Shown in pieces: positions 18,801 through 27,190 of a DNA stretch of 37,195 nt (its first letter is position 1; each line of letters starts with the position of its first letter). The DNA comes from Chrysochromulina tobinii (Eukaryota). The DNA lies in NCBI GenBank assembly GCA_001275005.1, contig JWZX01003113.1, positions 1 through 37,195 of the forward strand, in the 5' to 3' direction. Both the position numbers and the translations under genes were made by a program. The notes beneath the pieces were generated by a model. That model was not told where the DNA came from. It saw only the letters and a program-made list of their open reading frames with translations, and made no database searches.

Positions 18801-20666
18801 GCTCTTGAGGGACGTCCCGACCAAGGCCAGAACGGCCGCCTTCGAGTACAAGTGGCTCATGGCAAACTGGCGCCCCTGCTGGTACAGGAAATTTGCGCGC
18901 TCGAGGCAGCGCCCCTTTTCGTGCGGGTCCAACCCCTCACCGATGGCCGCGAGGATCTGCGCCAAGATCGAATTCATCTCCTCGACCCCCTTGATGTACT
19001 GGTTCGTGCTGAGCAACGTGGCCGCCTTGGCCTTGGCGGCGCTCGTGTCGGCACTGATCATCGTGAGCGCCTCATCCACAATGGCCATCGCGTCGTGTTC
19101 GTCGAGCGAGCCGCCATTCGCCTGGCGCCTCTCGCACTTCTTGCTGAGCTCGTCCATCGCCACGCGTGTCGCCTTCTCCTGGTCGTTCACAGAAGACCCG
19201 GCCACAGCCTCCTTGAGCGTCAGCTCGACGTCGATGCGCGAGAGCATGCCCGAGGAGAGGCCCATGTGGCGTGCCATCATCTCTTGCTTCATCTTCTCGA
19301 TGGCGGCCTTCTTCTCCGCCGCCGAGGCCGCCTTGACCTCTTGCACCGCCTTCTCGATCGCCTCCTGCATTTGCTCCTCGGTGATCATGCCCGAATGCGA
19401 CACGACGCCAACCGCCGATGCGAACTTAGCCGGGTCGAAGCCCTCGCCACCCATCGCCTCGAGCATCTTCTTGAGCTTCTCGTTATCCTCCTTGAGCTCC
19501 CGAATCATCTTGTCGGTCGGATTCTCCATCACCTGGACCACGACCTTGATCTGCTTCGCGCGGTCGGCGTACCGCAGCGTCGAGAGGGTCTCTTCGTAGT
19601 TGATGTCGGCGGGCGAGAGCGCGGCCACCATGATGGTCTTCGAGTTGCCGCCGAGTGCCGACTGCAGGATCTGCGTGAGCTTCGAGTCGCGGTACGGCAC
19701 GAAGACCTTCTTGCCCGGGTTGTTCGACTGGTCCGCGAGTGCCTTGATCACATTGCCGAGAGACGAGAGCGACTTGTTGATTGCTGCGCCCTCCTTGAGA
19801 CGATCCCCGGTGGCGCCGGTCGACTCCGCGCGCTCGGAGCCTGCCAGGTCGACCAGGTTCATGTCGGACCGAAGCTCTCTGACCCGCCCTTCCTCGGTGA
19901 TGATCTGCTTGATGGAGATGGTCATGATGGTGTGCGCGCGCGACGAGGTGGCATTCATCTGGGTAGCGGCGACGGTACGCGACGCGGTCCCCGCGTCCAT
20001 CGTGTCGCTGATCTGCTTGAAGGTGCCCACGGCCTTGGCCTTCGTGCCCTCGACGAAGGTGCCATTGGGTGTCGTGCGCACTTTCAGATCGTTGTTCGTC
20101 TTGGGATCTGGATTGAGCAGATCGCGGATCTTCTCGTTGTAGATCTCCATCATCGAAAAGGTGACCTGCAGATCGATGTTGCGTGTCGCGAGCTCGGCCT
20201 TCTTCTGGAAGACGGTGTCGCACACCTGCGGCACGATGCCCTTGTTCGACCCATAGCCGACAAACGAGTACGACTTACCCGAGCCAGTCTGGCCATACGC
20301 AAACAGGCAGCAGTTGAAGCCCTTAAGTGCGTTATCGAGCACACTCTGGCCCAGGCCCAGGTAGACGAGCCTCTGATCGGCGTACTCCATACCAAACGGG
20401 CTCGTCGTCGGCCCGCCGCGCCGATTGCCTATGGCATTGTAGCCGCCGCCAGGCAGGCCCAGATCCGGCTCAGGTTCATTGAGGACATCGAAGCCATCGT
20501 GGCTCCAGTACGAGAAGTCGAAGGCAAAGTCCTTTTCCTCCTGCGTATCCGGGTTGGTGATGATCGTTGTTGGTCCCTGCATGCGAATGATGCACTTGGC
20601 ATTGCGCTCCTTCTCACGGCCGTTGAAGGGACGCACGCGCACGGCGACCTTGACCGACTCGGCCAT
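15867..20666 (-). CDS. Kinesin-3 family motor (KIF28/KLP-6/KIF1-like) with FHA, C2-like domain and C-terminal CaaX
   Basis: Motor motifs VKVAVRVRP, FDFSYWSHD, GQTGSGKS, NATSSRAH, LVDLAGSER, VPYRDSKLT. FHA region LRNLNQDP...LVYYLK...LRHDDRLILGN. DPFW motif; C2-like region; ends in CVIS. Confidence 0.95.
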   Translation of the reverse strand: MAESVKVAVRVRPFNGREKERNAKCIIRMQGPTTIITNPDTQEEKDFAFDFSYWSHDGFDVLNEPEPDLGLPGGGYNAIGNRRGGPTTSPFGMEYADQRLVYLGLGQSVLDNALKGFNCCLFAYGQTGSGKSYSFVGYGSNKGIVPQVCDTVFQKKAELATRNIDLQVTFSMMEIYNEKIRDLLNPDPKTNNDLKVRTTPNGTFVEGTKAKAVGTFKQISDTMDAGTASRTVAATQMNATSSRAHTIMTISIKQIITEEGRVRELRSDMNLVDLAGSERAESTGATGDRLKEGAAINKSLSSLGNVIKALADQSNNPGKKVFVPYRDSKLTQILQSALGGNSKTIMVAALSPADINYEETLSTLRYADRAKQIKVVVQVMENPTDKMIRELKEDNEKLKKMLEAMGGEGFDPAKFASAVGVVSHSGMITEEQMQEAIEKAVQEVKAASAAEKKAAIEKMKQEMMARHMGLSSGMLSRIDVELTLKEAVAGSSVNDQEKATRVAMDELSKKCERRQANGGSLDEHDAMAIVDEALTMISADTSAAKAKAATLLSTNQYIKGVEEMNSILAQILAAIGEGLDPHEKGRCLERANFLYQQGRQFAMSHLYSKAAVLALVGTSLKSAGGDTDALRKGQVAAEVKFDQLLRDREEGIIDESGMQATMERAMGAMGGDQKERLAQMAAAKRGVGFTVRARSMGSAEMRAKMQIAQALMKNQERMSELTQSFDSKLSQSEAESAMLLQSLGLTGITEKEMKVTPSLRNLNQDPTMSEMLVYYLKPGQTMITTPEDEGKPAQSIAISGGGVMRGHGTVVFGRELSPPLRYIKGAGISFINGKPVEADETLLRHDDRLILGNSQAFRVVDPLDPNAKKASKIIDWDLAQTELAQALGTAVDLKVEEQVAKKKAELDAQLKAMEEKFAAENERLRQELAKGGKGSASQQSQLKQMDRRKASIESFSAKAKAHVNEYKRELYALEDQLKKVMPVVMEANQMAKQLGRCVSYEAKLVTHIPQSHLIDPLSPVEELLTQKVIELLIKVTLHNPRTDMKREWYWDTEPFFDRLGRMRLVWQKWMLEHVMVPTHSPEDPFWSPPKPQLVGFAYLYLAPVAYCCPCKQWVPIYNHAGVKQGELSVVLKPTKPDMKSPLPPTSDPNSLLGKRLDFEMTIESCRGLMDCPNKNVSVEYMFKAEEGTRTTPPCSGKKFDPKFSEKHLFTLPKVEELHIAYLCKDAICFEVWGESEDVEETDVAEAISMELPPETFEFFLAHDVRLTESGYQCAFAPDLHKNKKTLPAGALAAGHSISQETHHVLDFSIAQTEKHFKVANVGRVSLGNWRDAEGKAVPGTPWTPLKITKQGRASDAEPWKVECEWTALPPLMNEPEKAGQVYFVDLKAEIQEIERLGLEEGLQLLKTLTLRLEPKGTNILGFGSYSEKEKAARDRATSVLQEVYMGQFEVSDAAVNLAMMNLREESGGDTKSIIKNHESEVEQLKKLLVDECNRQYEDLALKAEPLGFDLAPSLALWTLPSEVLGGLEMMGADKESLQKMVNQLKLELKAAKERIAYLEGASSVSKAQKQIQRLRHEMLQRKAAGGAPRADGSKACVIS

Positions 20667-20701
20667 CGGGAGAACGAGCGACTCCTCTGAAGCCTGCTTA
20701 C

Positions 20702-20809
20702 CTGCGAGAGAGAGAGAGAGGGAGCAACGTGTGCACAGCTAAGGGTCAGTCGAAAGATGCGAAGATGGAGCGGAGCGAGTTCTCGGTTATTGACGGAGAC
20801 CACAGCTAC
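20702..20809 (-). other. Putative 108-nt 5'-UTR intron of the kinesin gene
   Basis: GAG|GTAGCT donor, CTGAC branch motif, (CT)n tract and CAG acceptor 35 nt upstream of the ATG. Confidence 0.5.
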
Positions 20810-20885
20810 CTCCAGAGACAGGGCGGCGCGGCCCGACGCCTAACGCTTCCAACAGCAGGCGGAGTGGAGAGGGGTGCGGCACTAA

Positions 20886-20906
20886 TACCGGTAAAATTTA
20901 CCGGTA
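20886..20906. promoter_or_regulatory. Perfect inverted repeat TACCGGTAAA-A-TTTACCGGTA in a divergent promoter region
   Basis: 10-bp arms with a 1-nt spacer, between the divergent kinesin and DUF4864-like genes. Regulatory role is inferred. Confidence 0.4.
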
Positions 20907-21033
20907 CCATTCACACCCAAAAAGGGAGCTGGGCTTTTAGGATTCTCTGCACATTCAAACAAAGCCACATATCAAAGAGGTGACTTGCGTTCACCAGAAA
21001 TCATAGATCTGCCTCATCCTCGCGTCGATTGTA

Positions 21034-22077
21034 ATGCTCGCGAGCTATCTTCAATGCGTCCTTCAATGCGTCCTCGCGCTTGCGCCGGGCGTGCATCACG
21101 TAGCACACCCGCACCGCATGCCGCGCGCGGCGGCGCGCGTGCAACTCAGTGCCTCTGCTACGGTCATCGCTGAGGAGGGAAAGCAGGTTCCTCTGCAAAA
21201 TCTCCGGCCGTCGCCCATGCTGCAGCCGCGAGAGGTGATCAGCTCGGTGATGGCGGCGCTGCACCGCAGCAATTGGGACAAGCCGACGCCGTATTATGGC
21301 TTTGAAGTGGCGCTGCGCTTCCTCGCACCCACACATCAAGCAGTTCTGAAGTAAGCCAAGCCTGCCGGCTTCTACCGATACCTTCGGCAACCGCACAAGC
21401 GGTACGAGATTGAATGGAACGAGTACCGATTCGAGGGTGATCTGATCACGCTGCAGACGGACGTTCCGGGCATCATCCGCGAGGAGGCATACCAGCAGAC
21501 CAGCCTGCGCAGTTCGCCCGATGCCGAGTGGCTCTCCGCGCGATGGAAGCTTGTGAAAGTGGACTGCGACTACGGCGAAACGACGCAGCAGCAGTGGCTG
21601 GTCGAAGCCGTGTTCGCCAACGAGCCCGACGATCTCGAGATTGCATCGGGCGCTGCTCCCAGCGCGGTGGATGAGGACGACGGCGAAGCGTCCCTCAATT
21701 GGAACGGGCTGTGGGTGCCAGTCGAGAGCCCGCGGCAGGTGGTGGCCAAAGTGATGCGCGCGCTACGCAAGATGGACGCGCCCTATCCACTGCACGGCGC
21801 CGCGGTGGCGACGCGCTATTGCTCGCCGCAGAACCGTGCCTCCCAGCTCAGCCCGCAGGTCTTCGCGCGCTACCTCGAAGACCCCTGGTATCAAATCCTC
21901 GTCGAGTGGGACGAGGCTGAGCTCGATGTGGAGCCTGAGAATGACGAGCCACTGTGGAACACTGCCGATATCGAGGTGCCCGTGAAGCGTGCGGCCGACG
22001 ACACGTACAGCGTGGTCTACTGGAAGCTGTCCCTGTACAATGGCCAGTGGCTCATCGACTCGCTCAACATCGTGTGA
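21034..22077 (+). CDS. Tandem DUF4864-like (NTF2-like) domain protein, probably plastid-targeted; interrupted by an in-frame TAA at 21352-21354
   Basis: ORFs 21034-21354 and 21553-22077 are in the same frame and the gap is open apart from the single TAA. Two homologous units: PREVISSVMAAL...GFEVALRFLAP...FYRYL...WKL...WLVEAV and PRQVVAKVMRAL...GAAVATRYCSP...FARYL...WKL...WLIDSL. Confidence 0.7.
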
Positions 22078-23003
22078 AGCGTGTGAATCATATGAGGAGC
22101 GCTGCACTTAAATGTAGAGAGAGGACGAGAAGAGCTCGTACACCGCACGAGCTCCGGCCTTGCTATGTAACTGCGGCGGCCATGGTTGGTAACCGTTCGC
22201 CTGTGCAGTTTCATACGGGTCATTGTGTAGGAGTGGGGTGTCACTGAGTCTGACTGGGACGTGGCGGACAGGCTTCGAGCTCGCGGCACAAGGTGCAAGC
22301 GGAACCCGCGGAGGCCTCTTCGCTCTTGTGCTTCGCTTTGTCTCCGCTCGGTGTCGCGAGTTTTGAGGGTTTTGAGCCGGCCCGCCGTGCGCGTCGGCGT
22401 TTTGGCCGGTCGCCTTTGTCGGCGTTCGGTTCGGGTCGCGCGAGACTCAACGTACAACGAGACTCCGGGTCCCAATGGCAATGCCGCAAAAAGCGCAATG
22501 GCGCGGAAGATGCCGGCGCGCGGCGGCGGACGCGCGCGAGCGGGGAGGGGTCGGCGCGGCCCGGAGGCGCGGTGGCGCGGAGCTCGCGCGTCATCGCCGC
22601 AGGCGAGGCCACAGCACAGGCGATAGGCCCCGTGCCCGTCGCGCACCCTGCTGTGTGGACTCCTGGACTGTGCGGATCGGATCGGGACCCTGCAGCGCCC
22701 TGGGGGCTGGGGCCCCGTCCCCCGCGAAACTCTTAAAAACTCCCCCCCACACAGAGAATTTGTCACGTGTGACATGTGTGGGGCGCTATCGGCGGGGGAA
22801 AAGCGCGGACACAGGCCGCGGAGGCGGAGCGCGCGGGGCCGGAGAGCGCGCGTCGGTGACCCAGGGTCGGTGACCGGGTCCGCGGTGAGCAAAGCAGGGG
22901 GCCAAGGTGAGTCGGTTCGGAGGCATTGTTCCGGTCATTCACAGACTTGTTGTATTTCATTCACAAAAGATTCGAAACACACCCCTGGTCCCTGTGGGTT
23001 GCG

Positions 23004-23741
23004 ATGGTGGTCGTATTCGGCGCCCATGACTTGCTTAATGACGGCGGCGGAATCGGTGCTCTGCTCGTGACGGCGCACCCGGACGACGAGACACTCTTCT
23101 TTTCACCGGCGCTGCTAGCGCTCTGCGATATGCTGGAGCTGCACGTGCTGTGTCTTTCGACAGGCAACTACGATGGATTGGGTGCGGTACGTTCAGCAGA
23201 GCTACTTCGAGCGTGCGCAGTTCTAGGCGTTTCGGCTGAGCGCGTCGAAATCGTCGACGACGCCGAAATGCAGGATGGGCCAAAGGTGCACTGGTCTGCA
23301 CAGCGCGTCGCGTCCATTGTCAACGCACACCTCGTGAGCCGCGGGCTGCTGCGTGTGTTGACCTTTGACGCGCAGGGCGTCACTGGCCACGCGAACCATA
23401 AAGGAGTCGAACGTGGGGTGTTACACCTGCTCGGGTCGGCTGGCAGTCAACGACCACGTGTGTACAGTCTGCACAGCGTCGGAGTGCTGCGTCACTATCT
23501 GGGCTGGTGCGACGTGCCAATAACAGTATTGGCGGTGCTACTGCAACGCCTGTGCTGCAGGCGGCGCGCGCGCCGCATGATCTGCTGTGTGAGTTTGAAG
23601 CCCTGGCGTTGCCATGCTGCCATGCAGCGGCATGCGAGCCAATACGTTTGGCACCGACGGCTCAACGTGCTCTTCTCACGCTACGTGCACGTCAACACGC
23701 TCATCATGGTGTCGCCCACGAGTGAACAAAAGACCGCTTAA
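23004..23741 (+). CDS. PIGL: N-acetylglucosaminyl-phosphatidylinositol de-N-acetylase (PIG-L/GPI12)
   Basis: LLVTAHPDDE.LFFSP; LCLSTGNYDGLG..R..EL; TFD..GVTGHANH; AM..HASQYVW.RRL..LFSRY..VNTL. First ATG at 23004; an upstream exon is possible. Confidence 0.92.
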   Translation: MVVVFGAHDLLNDGGGIGALLVTAHPDDETLFFSPALLALCDMLELHVLCLSTGNYDGLGAVRSAELLRACAVLGVSAERVEIVDDAEMQDGPKVHWSAQRVASIVNAHLVSRGLLRVLTFDAQGVTGHANHKGVERGVLHLLGSAGSQRPRVYSLHSVGVLRHYLGWCDVPITVLAVLLQRLCCRRRARRMICCVSLKPWRCHAAMQRHASQYVWHRRLNVLFSRYVHVNTLIMVSPTSEQKTA

Positions 23742-23876
23742 TGTTGTTTTGGGGTTACTTCGGCGAATGCGGTTTCGTTTGACGAATTTCACGAAATTTC
23801 GCGGCGTCGCCGATGAAGGCTCAAACCCACCCCTCTCCTGTGGGCGCCGACGGTGATCGTGTGTCTTCGCAGCACA

Positions 23877-26714
23877 ATGCGACCCATCTTTTTTGCCGCC
23901 TTTCTCTGCCTGGACACGGCATCAGCGGCCAGCATGAACGTGCACACGCTCGTCGGCGAGCGGGCCACTGCCTACTTCGCGGGCGTAACAGCCGGCGAAG
24001 GCATTTCGCCGACAATGGCCGCTGCATTGCAGGCCGTGATCCGCAACAACACGGACGCGATTTCGGGTGGCGCTGACTTTCCAGATTTTCTGTACGCGTG
24101 CGGCACGTACGCGGATCACCACGATGCTGGCGAAGCCGCTCATTGGCCGCCCTTCCAGGCCGCCGGCATCCGCTACGTGCGAGAGCGCTGGCCAGACCCA
24201 GCGCTCTGGGACGATGACGCCAAGGAGCTCATCGCCTTCATCTTCGGCGTCTCAGTGCATTACGTGGCCGACGAGCTGTGGGAGGGCCTCGCCTCGCCGC
24301 TCGGCGAGCGCCGCGGCTTCACAGAGATGATCGACGTCTTCCAACTCGGCAACGTGGGGCACGGCAACGTTGCCGAAGGTGTGTCCAATTGGGGCGGCGA
24401 CTTGTACGCCTCGTGGACCTTGGACGAGGGCAACATTAGCGCGTGGACGCGCAAGTTCCCGCTCGAGGAGCTGGTCGAGATCTACCACATGACCCCGAAG
24501 AACGGCGTCTTCGCCCACAACTCGACCAACTTCACGGACGTGACGCTCGCCTCCCTTGTCGAGTGCAAGGGTCTGTTCGATATCGGGCTTTGGGCACTCC
24601 AGACGTTTGGAACGCTCCTGTACCCTTTCTACAATGATGGGCCGATGGCGCAGCACAAGCTGCCCTACATCCAGGAGAACCTGCTTGAGGCGCCATTGGT
24701 TGGGCTCGACGACATGGGTGCGGTCGTTACGTTTGCATGGGGCCGCCTCGCCCGCTGGCTCGCAAGCCCTGACGGCCCTCCACTCGTGCCGCCACAAAGG
24801 TCCGACCTTGACAAGTGGGCCGCGGCGGCGGCGGGCGACGCGGACGACCGCAGCTGGTATGAGCTCTCCCAGCGGCTGGTGCCATTTGTCACGCACACCT
24901 CGGCGCTGCGAGGGCTGCCGCAACACGCTGTGCGCGAGTACTTTCGCGTCGTGGCGGAAGAGAAGCAGCGTGTGGGGCTGAGTTACGACGGTCCTGTGGA
25001 TCTTGAGGAGCCTCTGTGGGGAATCGTGCAGGCCCTCGCAGATCATTTCTTGTCTGCCAGCAGACAGGCGACCGCTACCGACGCCGGCGCCACTCCGATC
25101 GAATTCTATCGCGTGCCGCCGTCACCACCGGCTACACCGGGAGCGTCTGCACTGTCCGCCTTGCCCGCCACTTCGGTGGCCTCCGCCACACACGCCGACC
25201 CAGTTGCATGGTCGATTCGATCGGCCGCCTCCGGCAGCACTGGCGTCGCCGCGCTTGCATACCACGGTAGCGCGGTCGCCTCGGGCGACTTTGACGGCGA
25301 CGGGCAGCCCGAGGCCGCCGTGGGCGCGATGGGCGTTGGCTCACAAGGCGGGGTCCCCCGCTCCGGGGTGGTGTTTGTGGACCAGTCGGGTGCTTCGGCC
25401 TCCTCTTCGGCGTCTCGCGTCGTGCTCGATGGTGGTGCCTCTCCTATGGCTCGCTTTGGGAGCACGCTGGTGGTGCTCGACTGGAACCTCGACGGCATCG
25501 ACGACCTCGCTGTTGGAGCGCCCGGGTGGAGTGGCTGGAATACCTCTGACGCGGCCGCCTCTCCATTCCCACTCAACGGCGACCCCACCTACCGCAACTA
25601 CGGGCGCGTCTTCGTGTATCTAGGCTCCAAAGGTTCGGGGTTGCAGGTTGCTGCACCGATTGTGCTGACCACCTCGAACGTCTTCACCGGCCTCGGATGG
25701 GCCCTCGCAGCGGCCGATGTCACCAGCGACGGCCATTCAGATCTGCTCCTCGGTTGCCCGCAGGCGAATGACTGGGACGGGCGCGTGCTTGCCCTCGCTG
25801 CCACGACGGCGCGCGTCGCGGGTGCGGTGCTCGATGTTGACGCCCCCGGTGTGGCCGATCTCGATCTCTCAGGAAAGGCGAGCGCTGCCGAGTTCGGCGC
25901 TGGATGGTTCGGTGCGTCGGTGGCCGTCTCGGCTGGCGACGCGCCCTCGGCCCCGCCCCTGCTTCTCGTTGGAGCTCCGTACTCTCGCCACAACCTGCGG
26001 TGCAGCCAGGAGTGCGAGATTGTTGGGCGGGTCTTCGGCTTTGCGCTCGCCAGCCAAGACGCTGCGCTTCCCAAGCCGTTCAACACCTCGGCCGCCATCT
26101 TCTCGATATTCGGTGAGGATCCCCTCGGTCGGATGGGGGCGTCTGTGGCCACCACCATGGCCGGTGCCAGTGGCGGCGTGGCCGGCGGCGAGTTGGTGGC
26201 GTTGGGTGTTCCGGGCGCTGGCGCGACGCGCATGGGCAAGATTGCACTCATCAACGCCGCATCGCTCCCGTCGCTTCGCGGAGACGTGAGCCTCGCGAGC
26301 CTCGAGCCCACGACAGCGCGCATGCTCCTCGGCGACGTCGAGCAGGGACGGCTGGGATCGACGCTCATCTTTGCGGACGTGACGGCGGATGGGCAGCCTG
26401 ACTTGATCACGAGTGCACCGCATGAGAATGGCAAGAGCGGCCTGCACATCCCGTTTGACCAGCGCGAGCTCGGGTCTGTGTATGTCTTCGACCGCGCCGA
26501 GCTGCTTTGTTGGTCGCGGCACTGGCTGACAAGCTCAGCCTCGACCAACAATGCCACATGGGCTCACAAGGGCACGCGTGCGCGCGGACGGCTCGGGGCC
26601 TCGGTCGCTGCGCTCAACCAGAGCTGCATGCTCGTCGGTTCTCCACGCGCGAGCGCCGAGAGCCCGTACATCATGGAAGGGAATGGCGCCGTTGATATTC
26701 TCTGTGTGCACTGA
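23877..26714 (+). CDS. GPLD1: GPI-specific phospholipase D-like protein (Zn-dependent PLPC domain + FG-GAP repeats)
   Basis: Signal peptide from ATG 23877. Catalytic-domain motifs VHTLVGERA, GADFPDFLY, HDAGEAAHWPPF, AFIFGVSVHYVAD, GGD. FG-GAP repeats GDFDGDGQPEAAVGA, LDWNLDGIDDLAVGAP, ADVTSDGHSDLLLGCP, ADVTADGQPDLITSAP. Confidence 0.88.
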   Translation: MRPIFFAAFLCLDTASAASMNVHTLVGERATAYFAGVTAGEGISPTMAAALQAVIRNNTDAISGGADFPDFLYACGTYADHHDAGEAAHWPPFQAAGIRYVRERWPDPALWDDDAKELIAFIFGVSVHYVADELWEGLASPLGERRGFTEMIDVFQLGNVGHGNVAEGVSNWGGDLYASWTLDEGNISAWTRKFPLEELVEIYHMTPKNGVFAHNSTNFTDVTLASLVECKGLFDIGLWALQTFGTLLYPFYNDGPMAQHKLPYIQENLLEAPLVGLDDMGAVVTFAWGRLARWLASPDGPPLVPPQRSDLDKWAAAAAGDADDRSWYELSQRLVPFVTHTSALRGLPQHAVREYFRVVAEEKQRVGLSYDGPVDLEEPLWGIVQALADHFLSASRQATATDAGATPIEFYRVPPSPPATPGASALSALPATSVASATHADPVAWSIRSAASGSTGVAALAYHGSAVASGDFDGDGQPEAAVGAMGVGSQGGVPRSGVVFVDQSGASASSSASRVVLDGGASPMARFGSTLVVLDWNLDGIDDLAVGAPGWSGWNTSDAAASPFPLNGDPTYRNYGRVFVYLGSKGSGLQVAAPIVLTTSNVFTGLGWALAAADVTSDGHSDLLLGCPQANDWDGRVLALAATTARVAGAVLDVDAPGVADLDLSGKASAAEFGAGWFGASVAVSAGDAPSAPPLLLVGAPYSRHNLRCSQECEIVGRVFGFALASQDAALPKPFNTSAAIFSIFGEDPLGRMGASVATTMAGASGGVAGGELVALGVPGAGATRMGKIALINAASLPSLRGDVSLASLEPTTARMLLGDVEQGRLGSTLIFADVTADGQPDLITSAPHENGKSGLHIPFDQRELGSVYVFDRAELLCWSRHWLTSSASTNNATWAHKGTRARGRLGASVAALNQSCMLVGSPRASAESPYIMEGNGAVDILCVH

Positions 26715-27190
26715 ACCCTCCGAGACGACGCCGCGTCATTTTGTCGTTTTGAACGTGCCTTGCCTCCAAAGTGCAAAGACGACAGCGGAGATCAGGATCG
26801 GCATCGGGCCGCGGATGCTGAACTCACGAAAAGCAGCGCCAGACACGCACAGCATGATGACGCATACTTCACTGGCTCACACTTCATCAGCTCACAGGCA
26901 GCGAGCGCGGGGGGGCGGCAGCGAGGCAGTGGAAATCGACCAACGACAGCAGGTATTGGCGTTGCAGGGTGTTTTTGGCGTTTCAAGTCAGTTTCAAGGG
27001 CCAGGAACGGGCACGGGCACGTTCACAATCCCTGTCTGTCCCCTCCACGTTGTGTCTCCACGGGACCTGTGGTCGTGTTTCATCCGAGATGGCAATTTGA
27101 CGTGAACGTTCACAATCTACATTCACAGCCAAGGGACGTCCGCATTCTTCCTCTCACGCAGTATGTGTTTTGTCTCGTAAAGAGTTCGCC

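Noticed and set aside
18498..20690. 730-aa plus-strand ORF and other long antisense ORFs (8029-9513, 16236-17285, 34907-36094)
   Set aside because: Shadow ORFs opposite well-supported genes, expected from high GC3 codon bias; no recognisable motifs.
21352..21354. Alternative genetic code or selenocysteine
   Set aside because: The codon is TAA, not TGA, and TAA terminates several other genes in the window (e.g. 80-82, 23739-23741, 28301-28303).
23700..23876. Spliced PIG-L/GPLD1 fusion via the acceptor-like TCTTCGCAG at 23864-23872
   Set aside because: No good donor in the right phase. GPLD1 has its own signal peptide and PIG-L ends at its normal C-terminal motif.
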